Assembly: GCA_949878485.1 (NCBI GenBank)
Contig: CATLAM010000001.1
Coordinates: 15,353 to 79,352, forward strand
DNA: 64,000 nucleotides
DNA from: an uncultured Eubacteriales bacterium
GTDB lineage: Bacteria > Bacillota > Clostridia > Christensenellales > UBA1242
Direction of reading: 5' to 3'
Shown here piece by piece: positions 51,501-60,061 of the stretch. The notes under the pieces were generated by a model that was not told the origin of the DNA, searched no databases, and saw only the letters and a list, made by a program, of their open reading frames with translations. A program made the translations under genes and the position numbers. Position 1 is the stretch's first letter; every line of letters begins with the position of its first letter.

Positions 51501-54500
51501 AAAATTGTGTAAACTTCTTCGCCATATGATGAGTTGTAAACATCATAACCAGCAATTGCACCAACATTTGCACATGCGCGCAAGAAAACACGCGTTTCAT
51601 TCTTCAAAATTTCGATAGGTTTAACTTTCACACTGTCGATGTAACCTACAATTCCGCCAACATTATCAACAGAAGCAGTGTCAATCTTAGTTGTGTCTAT
51701 TTCCCCGCCTGCCAACAAGTTTTTAAGCGCAATTTTTTCTGTCAATGTAAATCTGTTTGTAATGTAAGAATCACTTTCAGCATAGTTTGAAACCACGCCA
51801 GCAATTCCGCCAACAAATGCTTTATAAGCACTTTCAACTTTAATTAAAGTATAAGCGGAATAAGCAGAATAGCCATAATATTTAAGTTTTTCACTTGTCT
51901 GTCTTTCAATCAAACCACTTGAAGCACCTGCAACACCACCAGCAAAGATTAAATCTGATGAATTAATGGTTAAGAAATCATTAAAATATGTCATATTTTT
52001 TACGCTTTGACCCGCAAAATCATGTTCAAAATCTTCTGGATGTTCTTTAGTTTCATATTGAGTAAAGTCTTGCAAAATTGTTCCATAGTTTGCACCAACA
52101 ACACCACCGATATAGACATTATAAGAAGAATTTGATGGATTTACAACATTCAGAGCAGACTTATTGATTTCTGTTTTGACATTTTTCAGCAATGCCATGT
52201 TCTCGCCACTTAAAAGTCCAATGTAACAATTTGGTATGACTGCTGTGCTTTCGCCAAGATTTGGTAAAGTTAAATCAAAGTTGACGCTTCCAGAAACCGT
52301 CAAATTTTCAATTGTTGCAACAAGTTGATCTTGATTTGAGTAAGCATTAAGTCTGGCAAAAAGTCCAGAATAATAAGACTGAACTACACCAGAGCCAACA
52401 TTTTCACTTAAAACAATTCCGCTTGAAAGATTTACATTGGAAATCTTTGCTTGAGATGTAGTTCCAACAATCGTTCCACTGAAACCAACCAATTCATAGT
52501 CTTCGCCTTTTTGCAAAATTCCGATTGGAAGGAAATTGTCAAAATCAACAGATGACATATCAATGTTTGCCTTGATTTCATAGTGACTTTTCAAGGTTTC
52601 TTCATTGGAATTTATGTCCATAAGATCTGTGGCATTTTCAATTAAATATGGGTTTGCTCTTGACCCATTTCTGTATCTCACATCAATGGCAATAGGAGAA
52701 TTGTCAAAAACACTTGGATCTGTGTAAATTTCGCCCCAATCAAGTGGGAAAATGTAAACTGTTGCCTTAAGTTGTGCATCAATGGTGCTTATGTCAATGC
52801 CGTTTTCTTGACATTCACGATAGAATTTTTCACATGAAATTGTGACAACAAAATTTCCGCTTCCATCTTTAATAAAGTTTCCATTTTGGTCTTTATAAAT
52901 TACTTCCAAGAAATCATAACCAGAAGTGTTTTTAACATTTACAGTAATGCTGTTGTTTGTGGCAATGCTTGGATAAGTAATCACGCTGAAAGTTCTTGAA
53001 AGTTCGCCTTTTTTGCTTGTAAAATCAATGTTTGTAATACTTTCCATCATATAGATGTTTTCAACTGATTGATATTTTGTTGCATTGATGGAAACTGTGT
53101 ATTGTTTGGAAGAATCTCTTTGTCTTAAATTTGCTTCCAAAACCAAATCATAAGAAGCAATATCCTTATTTACATAAGTCATGTTTTCCAAATTAAAGAC
53201 ACCATAATTCCCTGTTCCAACTTGGAATTCATTTGTAAATTGAACAGTATAATTTGTTGTTACACTTCCGTTTTGAACAGTAAAACTCATGTTTTCTGCA
53301 AAGAACATAATTCCACTTGGAAGTGTCAAAACAATTTTCTTGTTGGTGCGATTTTCGCCATCAAACTTAGTTATTGTGACAGTTGTTAATGTGTCTGTTG
53401 TAATGGCATAACCACGATTATTTTTAATGCTGGCATAGAAATCAATAAACCTGTTTCCTTTGTTTGAAAACGCTTCTTTTGACATTCTCAATTCATATTG
53501 ATTAGATTTTGCAGTGTAAGAATAATAATCTTGACCCACAACCTTGGTTGCATCATCAAACATCTTTGCAAGTTCTTCTTCAATAAAGAAATAATGATAG
53601 AAATTTTTGGAATTTTGATTGTTTGCCACAATTTCAAATTCTGCTTGCATATCAGAGGCTTGGATGTTTCCTTCGCCATAATAAATTGTGTTGTTTCGTG
53701 CATCTCCACGGCTGTTTGTCAAAGCAAAATCATTAATTAACGAATAAGAACTTACATTAATTTTTAATGTCAAAGTTTTGTCGTCATGACGAGTAAATGT
53801 TTCTTTATCAACGCTGTAACCCACCAAAGTAACCAAGACATTTTCATCCCCATTTGCTGTTGTAATAATGTTGATTTGAGAGTTTCCAGAATTTACAACA
53901 TTTAAGCAATTTTGGTCATATTCTGGTTGAGAAATTGATTGAGCATTTGAAATAATGTTGACAACCGCCCTGCTTCCAAAAGTTACTGAATTGGAATCAG
54001 AAGCATTCAAGATTTCCAAATCCAAATTGTTTTCAAATTTGGAATTTTCATCGGCATAGAAATTGTGATATTTAACAGCATCATTTCCTGTGCCTGCAAG
54101 TTGCATCTGTGTTGTTTGTTCATTTAAAGTTTTCACAACTTCAAAAATAACTTGTGTGTAAACACCATTGTCAAGATAAATGGTATATCTTCCTTGTCCA
54201 ACTGCTTTTGGAGAAACTTTAATGTCAAGATAATAATCTGTTCCAACTTCTATGAAACTTCCAGTTTTAAAATCAACAACATTGCCAGATCCGCTTTCAT
54301 AGACCACAGAAATTGATTCAAATTCATGGTCAGCATAAAGTTTTCCAAAAGTTATATTTTTCTCGCCATAATAATCAATATACAAAATTTCAGTATTGCT
54401 TCCACCAAGAATTTCATTTGCACCAGCACGAATGTCGCAATTTACTGTTATGGAAATTCTGTCGTCATTACTTTCCAAAACATCACTAACAAGATAGATT

Positions 54501-55993
54501 TGAATGTTGGACTCGCCAGTGAAGTTGCTTCTTGTTGTTCCTCTTACAAAAAATGTTTCATTGATGTCATAAAGTTTTGCACCAGATCTGATGCTTTCAC
54601 CTAAACTGTTTTCAATTTTAATTTCGTTGCCGAATTCAAAATAGAAATAATCAAAGTTTGGAGAAGTACTTATTCCAGAACTTACAGACAAATTTAATTC
54701 TTTCCAACCATAATCAGAACTTGAAACAGTTGTTTCATCATAATAGTTGTAAAGCACATATTTTTCTGGTGTAGTAGTGCCGTTCACCAACAATTCTTTA
54801 GGGGCAATTTTAACTTCAATGTCAAAATTTTTTCTATAGTTGACACTGTCGTCGCCTTCAATTTCTTTTGCAAGGTCATAATATATATGTAAAGACGCAT
54901 TCCCCTTCACTTGAGTCATAACTTCTCTGGATACTTTATAATATTTTACAATTGATGCATCAGAGGTTGTGTCATTTTGATATTCATAGTCAATGAATGA
55001 GATGCAATCAGAATTTTCATATTCCATTTTAACATCAGTGCCGTAAACTTCAGCCTTTATAATGTAATTGCCTTTATAGGCATTGTTTGGAACAATGACA
55101 ATGTTGTCTTCAATATTCGAAAACTCAACATTTTTATTAATTTCATAACCACCTGAAAGTTTAACATCGATGCTTGGCAAAACATTTACAGAACTTATGG
55201 TATACAAGAAATTAGGAGCAACATCCAAATATTCATCCCCAATTGAATAATCATAGACACAAAGAATGAAGAATTTATTGTTTAAAGCAATGCTTATTAA
55301 TTCTTGGCCATTCAAATAAAGATAAGGAACATTTCCATCATCCGTCTTTTTCAAAACAACTTTATCAAACTCTGTAATTTCTGCATCAACGCCAAAGGCT
55401 TGATTGGTGAGTCTGACTTTGTTGTTGACAAAATCTGCATTTTCTTTTTTCAAGGTGTAATCACTGTCAATCTCGCGTTCGGCATCCAAATAGAAATATG
55501 TAACCGCTTTTTCTGTTGTGTCAGAATCAAAAACAAAATTGTCAACAGTTGGAACAAAATCAGTAGTGTTAGAAAGATACAAAACGGTGTCCTTATTTTC
55601 AGACATCGTTTGAGAATACTTTTTAACAAAAATTTCCACTTCGCATTTTTTTGCCGACTCAAAAGTTGTGGCAACAAGTTTGCTTGAACCACCAAACTTA
55701 CCTGTTACATCAACTCTTATTTGATTGTCGCTTATGCGATTTTGTGTATATTCAAAATTTGCTGGACCATTAAAACTCAGCATAATTGTGTTGTTGTAAC
55801 CATCACGATAGTTGTCCAATGTAAACACAATCGATTCCGAATCACCATTAGCATAGATTTCGACATAAGCCTTGTCACTGGAAATGGTAATGTCGCTGTA
55901 ATCTTCATTGCATCCAACGAATAAGAAACCCATGAGCAAGAGTGAAATTGCCCCAATGACAGATATTAAGACTTTTTTCAAGGACTTTGCCAT
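45560..55993 (-). CDS. giant (3477 aa) surface lipoprotein with three GLUG-motif repeat modules
   Basis: The signal peptide and lipobox read 'LLLMGFLFVG|C'. Repeated 'GG(I/L/V)(A/V)G' motifs are embedded in 'N.G.I..(C/S)Y' periodicity, for example 'IGGLVGTNNAYITHS', 'IAGLVGTNGSSGVITSSY', 'ISGFAYSNTGDIKDCYS' and 'ASGFVYENVGNIERCFS'. No LPXTG motif was seen. An AAGGAAA SD lies 20 nt after the upstream stop. Confidence 0.85.
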   Translation of the reverse strand: MAKSLKKVLISVIGAISLLLMGFLFVGCNEDYSDITISSDKAYVEIYANGDSESIVFTLDNYRDGYNNTIMLSFNGPANFEYTQNRISDNQIRVDVTGKFGGSSKLVATTFESAKKCEVEIFVKKYSQTMSENKDTVLYLSNTTDFVPTVDNFVFDSDTTEKAVTYFYLDAEREIDSDYTLKKENADFVNNKVRLTNQAFGVDAEITEFDKVVLKKTDDGNVPYLYLNGQELISIALNNKFFILCVYDYSIGDEYLDVAPNFLYTISSVNVLPSIDVKLSGGYEINKNVEFSNIEDNIVIVPNNAYKGNYIIKAEVYGTDVKMEYENSDCISFIDYEYQNDTTSDASIVKYYKVSREVMTQVKGNASLHIYYDLAKEIEGDDSVNYRKNFDIEVKIAPKELLVNGTTTPEKYVLYNYYDETTVSSSDYGWKELNLSVSSGISTSPNFDYFYFEFGNEIKIENSLGESIRSGAKLYDINETFFVRGTTRSNFTGESNIQIYLVSDVLESNDDRISITVNCDIRAGANEILGGSNTEILYIDYYGEKNITFGKLYADHEFESISVVYESGSGNVVDFKTGSFIEVGTDYYLDIKVSPKAVGQGRYTIYLDNGVYTQVIFEVVKTLNEQTTQMQLAGTGNDAVKYHNFYADENSKFENNLDLEILNASDSNSVTFGSRAVVNIISNAQSISQPEYDQNCLNVVNSGNSQINIITTANGDENVLVTLVGYSVDKETFTRHDDKTLTLKINVSSYSLINDFALTNSRGDARNNTIYYGEGNIQASDMQAEFEIVANNQNSKNFYHYFFIEEELAKMFDDATKVVGQDYYSYTAKSNQYELRMSKEAFSNKGNRFIDFYASIKNNRGYAITTDTLTTVTITKFDGENRTNKKIVLTLPSGIMFFAENMSFTVQNGSVTTNYTVQFTNEFQVGTGNYGVFNLENMTYVNKDIASYDLVLEANLRQRDSSKQYTVSINATKYQSVENIYMMESITNIDFTSKKGELSRTFSVITYPSIATNNSITVNVKNTSGYDFLEVIYKDQNGNFIKDGSGNFVVTISCEKFYRECQENGIDISTIDAQLKATVYIFPLDWGEIYTDPSVFDNSPIAIDVRYRNGSRANPYLIENATDLMDINSNEETLKSHYEIKANIDMSSVDFDNFLPIGILQKGEDYELVGFSGTIVGTTSQAKISNVNLSSGIVLSENVGSGVVQSYYSGLFARLNAYSNQDQLVATIENLTVSGSVNFDLTLPNLGESTAVIPNCYIGLLSGENMALLKNVKTEINKSALNVVNPSNSSYNVYIGGVVGANYGTILQDFTQYETKEHPEDFEHDFAGQSVKNMTYFNDFLTINSSDLIFAGGVAGASSGLIERQTSEKLKYYGYSAYSAYTLIKVESAYKAFVGGIAGVVSNYAESDSYITNRFTLTEKIALKNLLAGGEIDTTKIDTASVDNVGGIVGYIDSVKVKPIEILKNETRVFLRACANVGAIAGYDVYNSSYGEEVYTIFEDSSENSFNTISAIDDGRVCFYGSMIIKTRIESNLFANVTNSFFAIGGFNGLDYSGYHFEAYSYLSRGTPLSGPIVAVSSQSKTTYYGDYIIVYNEDNDIKLQQQYTFKKGNVVMDYDKDNNPFMMSSDETTDVDVFFMYYFAVSGRLGSENASVQDEINDLNTISVGSEFYPFAFSASSNDIKITSSNTDVLTVDSNGNLTVLNSGRVAVLNLSSILNVNVTKTIYVYVVNFFNKEETSMFYTGASLNSNPISSGSNVNIYGYNDTSINLVPSYELQNGKDFNGTKFSISKNGVLSYKNVSYQMQKNANVTVKDLTDHTSEDFFSLINIDSQTIIFMRKDGEVVNGEIDNYKIVPVLATPITDENGNKFIFYYVLENASINLKLTYRDRATKITSQKMGGYVVKTNEEFSDTVTVTSSNDEDLLFYRITNKFGQVIQSRFPSKVDLNSIISDTEYGNLSEQMKPNYQSWSSYINSILDNKDTLFNLKFTREGNKFNFTGMVNANSDLFKDRFKEDIFGDYVIEFFASELNAEGAPTLSYVVTLEESELSSFEIRNFSNKNNITESDQVVVPSKEGLLEIDLDPIEAVFDRFTISNDAKNNNAGAGIASFQFAYRKYSASSSVDYVKVPNFGTYVDGIYTFTYEDMIKKLEEINGADEDFYVGKIFLIYTLPSINVEDGVSVRFNVSIKKLSGENVVRHIDLTTKLESYAKLVFDSKQEQNGHYYLARGLSYKLHLESYGFDFATDSLEISTNANNVVSFDKDTFTLNVTDDIIIYPNDKAGFYVEVTTIAKKVVDNVNIITNHVLKIYVMEYVLNYMFVDGVNEDIVYGMEDGSINIAIGNPFELKSNISEFIEFDSSIAGVSQQVSRFVNDLTKEMSWTLFDVNDYPMGTQLENDKKISNDYYVINSFTFTALKEYRSNENVYYFECQGFYDINGGIYTASVNGLDRIKTRFVFNIRQQSTRNSPIPIRTYEDFMAMEDGGWYILLSDIDLHDSVYAQANEGESQFMPISASIAGLDGNGYNINFSGEYTFEDSEIGLFTEIVDEAILSNINIRISSDTTFNINAQSFNIGLLASTNNGIVTNCQAESLNGASLIVNNFTDASSNYIGGLVGTNNAYITHSRSKVNIRGNANIAGLVGTNGSSGVITSSYYYGSSILNSTAVRNTAGFVVVNNGKIYTSYVSGVADKNSVFYEGTENRISSGYQISGFAYSNTGDIKDCYSNINLEHRGFFASGFVYENVGNIERCFSTSVLASNQASSFGFARSNKLESGSTGNGNATNGVIKDCYYLSDADYETPINVSIERIPQDQFTDIKELQIKDFGNISEYFDDFVVAEGRDVNSVWFFNKNVSDTSNFNESEFNTGRIELVAPNIVARSQRDLIGVSEVVGEEGSVSVVYSYAYTGNSYGSVYNPILLNNAENFENLIVSENSQITGLNEKHYRLISDIDYAEYSDVSRLNKTRFMGYMEGNFMSIKGITLTSGESLIYGGMFAEIGGASNNSVGTVMNLTILPKVVSFSNTRVVGTLAGKVDSGTLVNINILTDSSFVDSDLSTNKNISVSGLNIVGGVAGLALGNYKFQNVYSSVDAVARNQSIILNDFNSSSTDYSSYSFAGSVFGVLSGNGKTINTVKDTVVSVLGAKAGLMFGLIDRSATVDKVTLKMYNENVVNAYNYGGLICGESKGNASNVEIIGTGEYFKNFSNVPYTANAIGGFAGLVSGGTLDYIKTTQSISVSTISASKGFESLGGIAGLVNASAVLNNIYVKADLIGYHYVGGVAGTVKATTNATLTLENVDVLANLQVGGLYEQECEVGVGGLAGSVSRNVNIFMSTSDEQLRNKFEVTSTGTDIVPNYGIYVGVYTNTVKVYMGAIIGFDNGASFTFEKVDSSIVGTVNAVDKGIASSDINITLKSTDETLNDSYGELEVPKSNYITESVSPADNSVCFCDISFTRPEQGGSNYILFADFFGTTTGTALKFDHSF

Positions 55994-56013
55994 AAGTTTC
56001 CTTAAATTTTAAA

Positions 56014-58725
56014 CTATTTGCCTTCAAACAACTGTTTTACATAATCTTGTGCGATGATTTGCACAGTTGTTCTTGCAGTAGGGCTGGTAATCAAGAAGGC
56101 TTGACCACGCCCTGCAGTAACGATGGAGTTTTGTTCTTCTTCATTGATACCGCCCGACTTTTCATAAAGTTGAACCAAGTCATTCAAGTCACTTGGTGAC
56201 AACGAGAAAATAAGTGAATATTGACAAGCATTAATGATTGCAGTAGATTGTCTTCTGATTTCTTCCGAGCCAATAAAGTCGGAAATGTTTTGTGTGATGA
56301 CAATTTGCATACCACCATACTTTCTGATACGCTTAGCCATCTGAGCCATGAAGTCCAAAGCGATTGGATATTTTGGATTGATGAAGATGTGCGCTTCATC
56401 GACTGCAACAATAATCTTTCTGTTTTTGTGATATTTCTTGTTGAAATCTTTGTTGTTAATGATTTCGTTGTTCAAATATCTGAAAACCAAAAGCATTTGA
56501 GCGTTTGTAAGTTGTGCGTTGTTTCCTGCAACCAATGATTGAAAGTTGAAAGTAACAAAGTTTTCGTTGGTTTCAATGGAAGTTGGTCCGTTCCACAAAG
56601 CGGAGTTTCTTCCACCAGCAGCAAACTTCTTGATGTAGGTTTCCACTGTCATAAGGTTTCTAAGTGAAAACTCATCCTTGGCTTCTTTAATTCTTCTTAA
56701 AATTAAAGCATACAAATCATCAAAGATTGGATAATCTTGTGGTTTAAGTCTTGCCAAGTTTGTGCGATAGTCAATTCCTTTTTCTTTGTAAACATCAGTT
56801 AAAAGCGAGTTCAAAACTTCAAAAGCATCCGAGTTAATTCCTTCCAAAATAACTCTGAAGAATTGTTCCAAGAATTGCAAGTGTTGAGAAAATGAGTCAT
56901 CATGTTTTTCAATCTTGATTTTTTTCTTTTCAACAGGGCGACCAAAATCATCAAATTCTTGTTCTTCTTCATCCCCACCTTCATCTTCAGATGCTTCCAA
57001 AGATGAAATAACGTGGAATGGATTGATAATTCCATATACAGAAGAACCAACATCAATAAACTTTCCGCCAAGACTGTTAACCAAGTCTTTATATTCGTTT
57101 TCAGGGTCAAGAATGAAAATCTTACAGTTGTCGGCAGCAAGGTTTGTCAAAAGTGTCTTTGTGGCATAACTCTTACCAGAACCAGATTTTCCGATGACCA
57201 TCATGTTGGAGTTAACTCTTTCGTTGTCACGCTTAAAGAAATCGACAAACACAGGATATTCATTATCGCCAATGTAGATTCCATTTGGGTCTTGCAAAGC
57301 ATTTGAAATGAATGGGAAAGTTGCTGCCAAAGTGGATGTTGGAATTCCCCTAAGTGTGCCTTTAATTGCATCTCGTCTTGAAATGTTGGAAGAAATGAAA
57401 CCATCAATTTGACGAGAGAAAAGTTCGGAATATTTGAAGCCTTGTTGTTTAAGCATCGCTCTGACATCTTTCTTTGCTGCATCTTCACAAACAACAAAAG
57501 TGTTGACATTGAAAAGTGACTGGTTGTTGTTTTTCAAGTTTTGAAGCAATCCCCTTAAAGTGTCCACGTGAGTTTGCAATTCAATTTGAGTAGAACTTTT
57601 CCCTGCTTTAAAAAGTTTTGCTTCCATTTCCATAATCGCACGGTCGATTTGTCTTTCAGATTCAATTTTTGGAATTGGATTGAATTTCATGACAATTTTT
57701 GTTCTGTCCAAAAGGAAGAACTGAGCCCCCCAAGCATTCCCAACTTGCAAAGGATAGTCTGCAATGCTGTAACAACGATAACATTGGTCGTCAACAAAAT
57801 AACGCGCGATGTTAAATTTGATTTTGTCTGGGTTTGCCCAATTTACATATTCAGTAATTGGAGTGACTTCCAATTCTCTTTCATCAAGTTCCTTGCTGAA
57901 ATTTGCTTTCAAGAAAACGACAAGGTCTGTACCTTCCAATCTTCTGGAATGAATTGGATTCAAAGAATTTGCCATAGAACTTATCATACCAGAAGTGGTG
58001 TTTTCCAAAATTTCCATATCTTTGTCATAAACAACCAAATAGAAATGGTCTTTAAAAATTTTGGATTGACGATTCATAAATTCATAAAGCGAAACTCTTT
58101 CTTCAAAGATTGGCGCACGAGCATCAATTTCTTCTTGAGAAATTTGACCGTCATATTGCATGTCATAAAGGACATCATATTTTTTGTTTTCGTTGTGTAT
58201 GTAATTATCCAAAATCATTGGCTTGCTGATTTTAACAATCGAACAAGTTTGATCCATGTTTAAACGACGAAGCGCATTTGCAAAAGATTCAATAACATTG
58301 TCTTGATAATATTCAGTCAAAAGAGTAAAGAACATTGGTTGAATTTCAATAACCTGTGCATAGTAAGGTCCAAAGTTGATGAAACGGTCTTGATATATTC
58401 CTTCATAAGCGATGATTTCTTTTATGTTGCTTTTATCTTTCTTGTTTCCTTCTTTACCGGCTTTTGTAAATTTCTTTTTCTGAACAGAATATCTCATCAA
58501 GAAAACAATCGTGGTGTAAAAGCGTTCGTTGTCAGCAGGTTTCATAAACATTGAAACAGCCACAATACACCAAGCAACGCCAACCCATGCACTGTAAGCA
58601 AAGTTGGCAATGAAAAGCACAATTGCGACTGCAATAAAAATGATGCCCAGAACCAAATCTAATCCTGTGACACCTCTGACAAATTCTGATTTAACTTTTG
58701 TTTTTCTAGGAATAATTCTAACCAT
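56014..58725 (-). CDS. VirB4/TrsE/PrgJ-like conjugation-type ATPase with an N-terminal PrgI/VirB3-like two-TM segment
   Basis: The N-terminus has two TM helices ('LVLGIIFIAVAIVLFIANF', 'WVGVAWCIVAVSMF'). 'YSIADYPLQVGNAWGAQFF' is typical of Gram-positive VirB4. Walker A is 'VIGKSGSGKSYATK', with 'ILDPENEY' and Walker B 'IVAVDEAHIF'. Confidence 0.7.
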   Translation of the reverse strand: MVRIIPRKTKVKSEFVRGVTGLDLVLGIIFIAVAIVLFIANFAYSAWVGVAWCIVAVSMFMKPADNERFYTTIVFLMRYSVQKKKFTKAGKEGNKKDKSNIKEIIAYEGIYQDRFINFGPYYAQVIEIQPMFFTLLTEYYQDNVIESFANALRRLNMDQTCSIVKISKPMILDNYIHNENKKYDVLYDMQYDGQISQEEIDARAPIFEERVSLYEFMNRQSKIFKDHFYLVVYDKDMEILENTTSGMISSMANSLNPIHSRRLEGTDLVVFLKANFSKELDERELEVTPITEYVNWANPDKIKFNIARYFVDDQCYRCYSIADYPLQVGNAWGAQFFLLDRTKIVMKFNPIPKIESERQIDRAIMEMEAKLFKAGKSSTQIELQTHVDTLRGLLQNLKNNNQSLFNVNTFVVCEDAAKKDVRAMLKQQGFKYSELFSRQIDGFISSNISRRDAIKGTLRGIPTSTLAATFPFISNALQDPNGIYIGDNEYPVFVDFFKRDNERVNSNMMVIGKSGSGKSYATKTLLTNLAADNCKIFILDPENEYKDLVNSLGGKFIDVGSSVYGIINPFHVISSLEASEDEGGDEEEQEFDDFGRPVEKKKIKIEKHDDSFSQHLQFLEQFFRVILEGINSDAFEVLNSLLTDVYKEKGIDYRTNLARLKPQDYPIFDDLYALILRRIKEAKDEFSLRNLMTVETYIKKFAAGGRNSALWNGPTSIETNENFVTFNFQSLVAGNNAQLTNAQMLLVFRYLNNEIINNKDFNKKYHKNRKIIVAVDEAHIFINPKYPIALDFMAQMAKRIRKYGGMQIVITQNISDFIGSEEIRRQSTAIINACQYSLIFSLSPSDLNDLVQLYEKSGGINEEEQNSIVTAGRGQAFLITSPTARTTVQIIAQDYVKQLFEGK

Positions 58726-58919
58726 AAATTTCCTCTTGAAATTATGATACTACAAATACTCTTAAAAATACAAATAAATTAAAGGAAAAATTAAAAATAA
58801 ATATTTATTAATATTTAACAACAAAATTGCTATACATCCATAATTAAGCGAAGAATAAATATTTTGAAATAATAAAAATTAATTTTTTTATTTATTTTTT
58901 TATTTTAAATAAATTTTTG

Positions 58920-59591
58920 TTAATTTTTTCGATTTAATGCAAAAAATAATTGATTTAATTTGTTATGCACCTTTGCTTTTTCCACAACTTCTTTTGAAAT
59001 AACTTCCCCTTTTGCAATAATTCTTTCATTGTTATAACCGAAAATATCCATATCACTTGTTTTTCCAATGTAATATTTTGTGGAAAGATTCACTTTCTCT
59101 GGCAAAGTAACTTCATTTTGAATTTGCACAGATAAATCTGAATCAAATCTTGGAAAACTTAATTCTTTCTTTTTTGTTTTTTGTTTTTTAAAAGAAACCA
59201 AAACAAAATCTTGCCCAACATTCAAAAGATGTTTACTTAAAATTTCACACTTTTCAGTCGCAATTTTTTTCAATGTTTTGTTTTTAAAATAAAGATTTTT
59301 AATCACTCCCAAATAAAGACAGTCTGTGGAAACAACACGCTTTCCAAGAAGTTGCGGATTTTCATTTAACACAAAATCAAATTTTGTTTCTTCGTCCACC
59401 AAAATAAAGTCATCACCATAAGCAAGACAATCATCAAGACTTAAAAACATTTCACTTTCGCTTTCTTCATCCACCACATAATAACCAGTTTTCTTTTTGC
59501 TTTCCAAATCCACAACAACATTTAAAACATAACCTATCTGCTTTCCAGCATTAGTCAAAACTATTTTAGAAATATTTTCCACGGCAATCAT
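58920..59591 (-). CDS. PRC-barrel-like domain protein (two repeats), function unknown
   Basis: 'AGKQIGYVLNVVVDLESKKKTGYYVVDEE' and 'LGKRVVSTDCLYLGVIKNLYF' resemble PRC-barrel/YlmC-type strands. Confidence 0.4.
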   Translation of the reverse strand: MIAVENISKIVLTNAGKQIGYVLNVVVDLESKKKTGYYVVDEESESEMFLSLDDCLAYGDDFILVDEETKFDFVLNENPQLLGKRVVSTDCLYLGVIKNLYFKNKTLKKIATEKCEILSKHLLNVGQDFVLVSFKKQKTKKKELSFPRFDSDLSVQIQNEVTLPEKVNLSTKYYIGKTSDMDIFGYNNERIIAKGEVISKEVVEKAKVHNKLNQLFFALNRKN

Positions 59592-59721
59592 CCCCTTAAC
59601 ATTTCTCTATGCTTCAAAAATTCAAAATATTTTCAAAATCACTCTTTCGTTTATTTGCGACATTTTTCTACATTTTTTGCAAACTAAAATTAAAGTTTAT
59701 TTTTCAAATTCTGTCAACCTT

Positions 59722-59750
59722 TTGACAAACTTGAAAAGATGTGTTAAAAT
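59722..59750 (+). promoter_or_regulatory. sigma-A-type promoter
   Basis: -35 TTGACA, 17-nt spacer, extended -10 TGtTAAAAT, about 28 nt upstream of the 59778 ATG. Confidence 0.55.
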
Positions 59751-59777
59751 GACAAAGAAAATCTGAAAGGAGAAATT

Positions 59778-59981
59778 ATGAAAAAGAAAACAACAATCAC
59801 AAAAGATATGACTATTGGCGAAGTTTTAAAAGTAAACGAAAAACTTGGTGAAGTGTTCCTTGGTTTTGGAATGCATTGCCTTTCTTGCCCTGTAAGTCAA
59901 ATGGAAACTATTGAAGAAGCCAGCATGGTTCATGGTGTAGATGTTGAATTTTTGCTTAAAAAACTTAATGAAAACGCATAA
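59778..59981 (+). CDS. DUF1858-type small redox-disulfide-like protein
   Basis: 67 aa, 'ITKDMTIGEVLKVNEKLGEVFLGFGMHCLSCPVSQMETIEEA'. GGAG SD. Confidence 0.75.
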   Translation: MKKKTTITKDMTIGEVLKVNEKLGEVFLGFGMHCLSCPVSQMETIEEASMVHGVDVEFLLKKLNENA

Positions 59982-60031
59982 CAAAAATTTTATAAATTCA
60001 AATAAAATTTAAAAAAATTATTAAAAAACAC

Positions 60032-60061
60032 AAAAAAACTGCCATTTTAGGCAGTTTTTTT
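60032..60061. terminator. bidirectional intrinsic terminator
   Basis: AAAAAACTGCC-ATTTTA-GGCAGTTTTTT. Confidence 0.7.
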
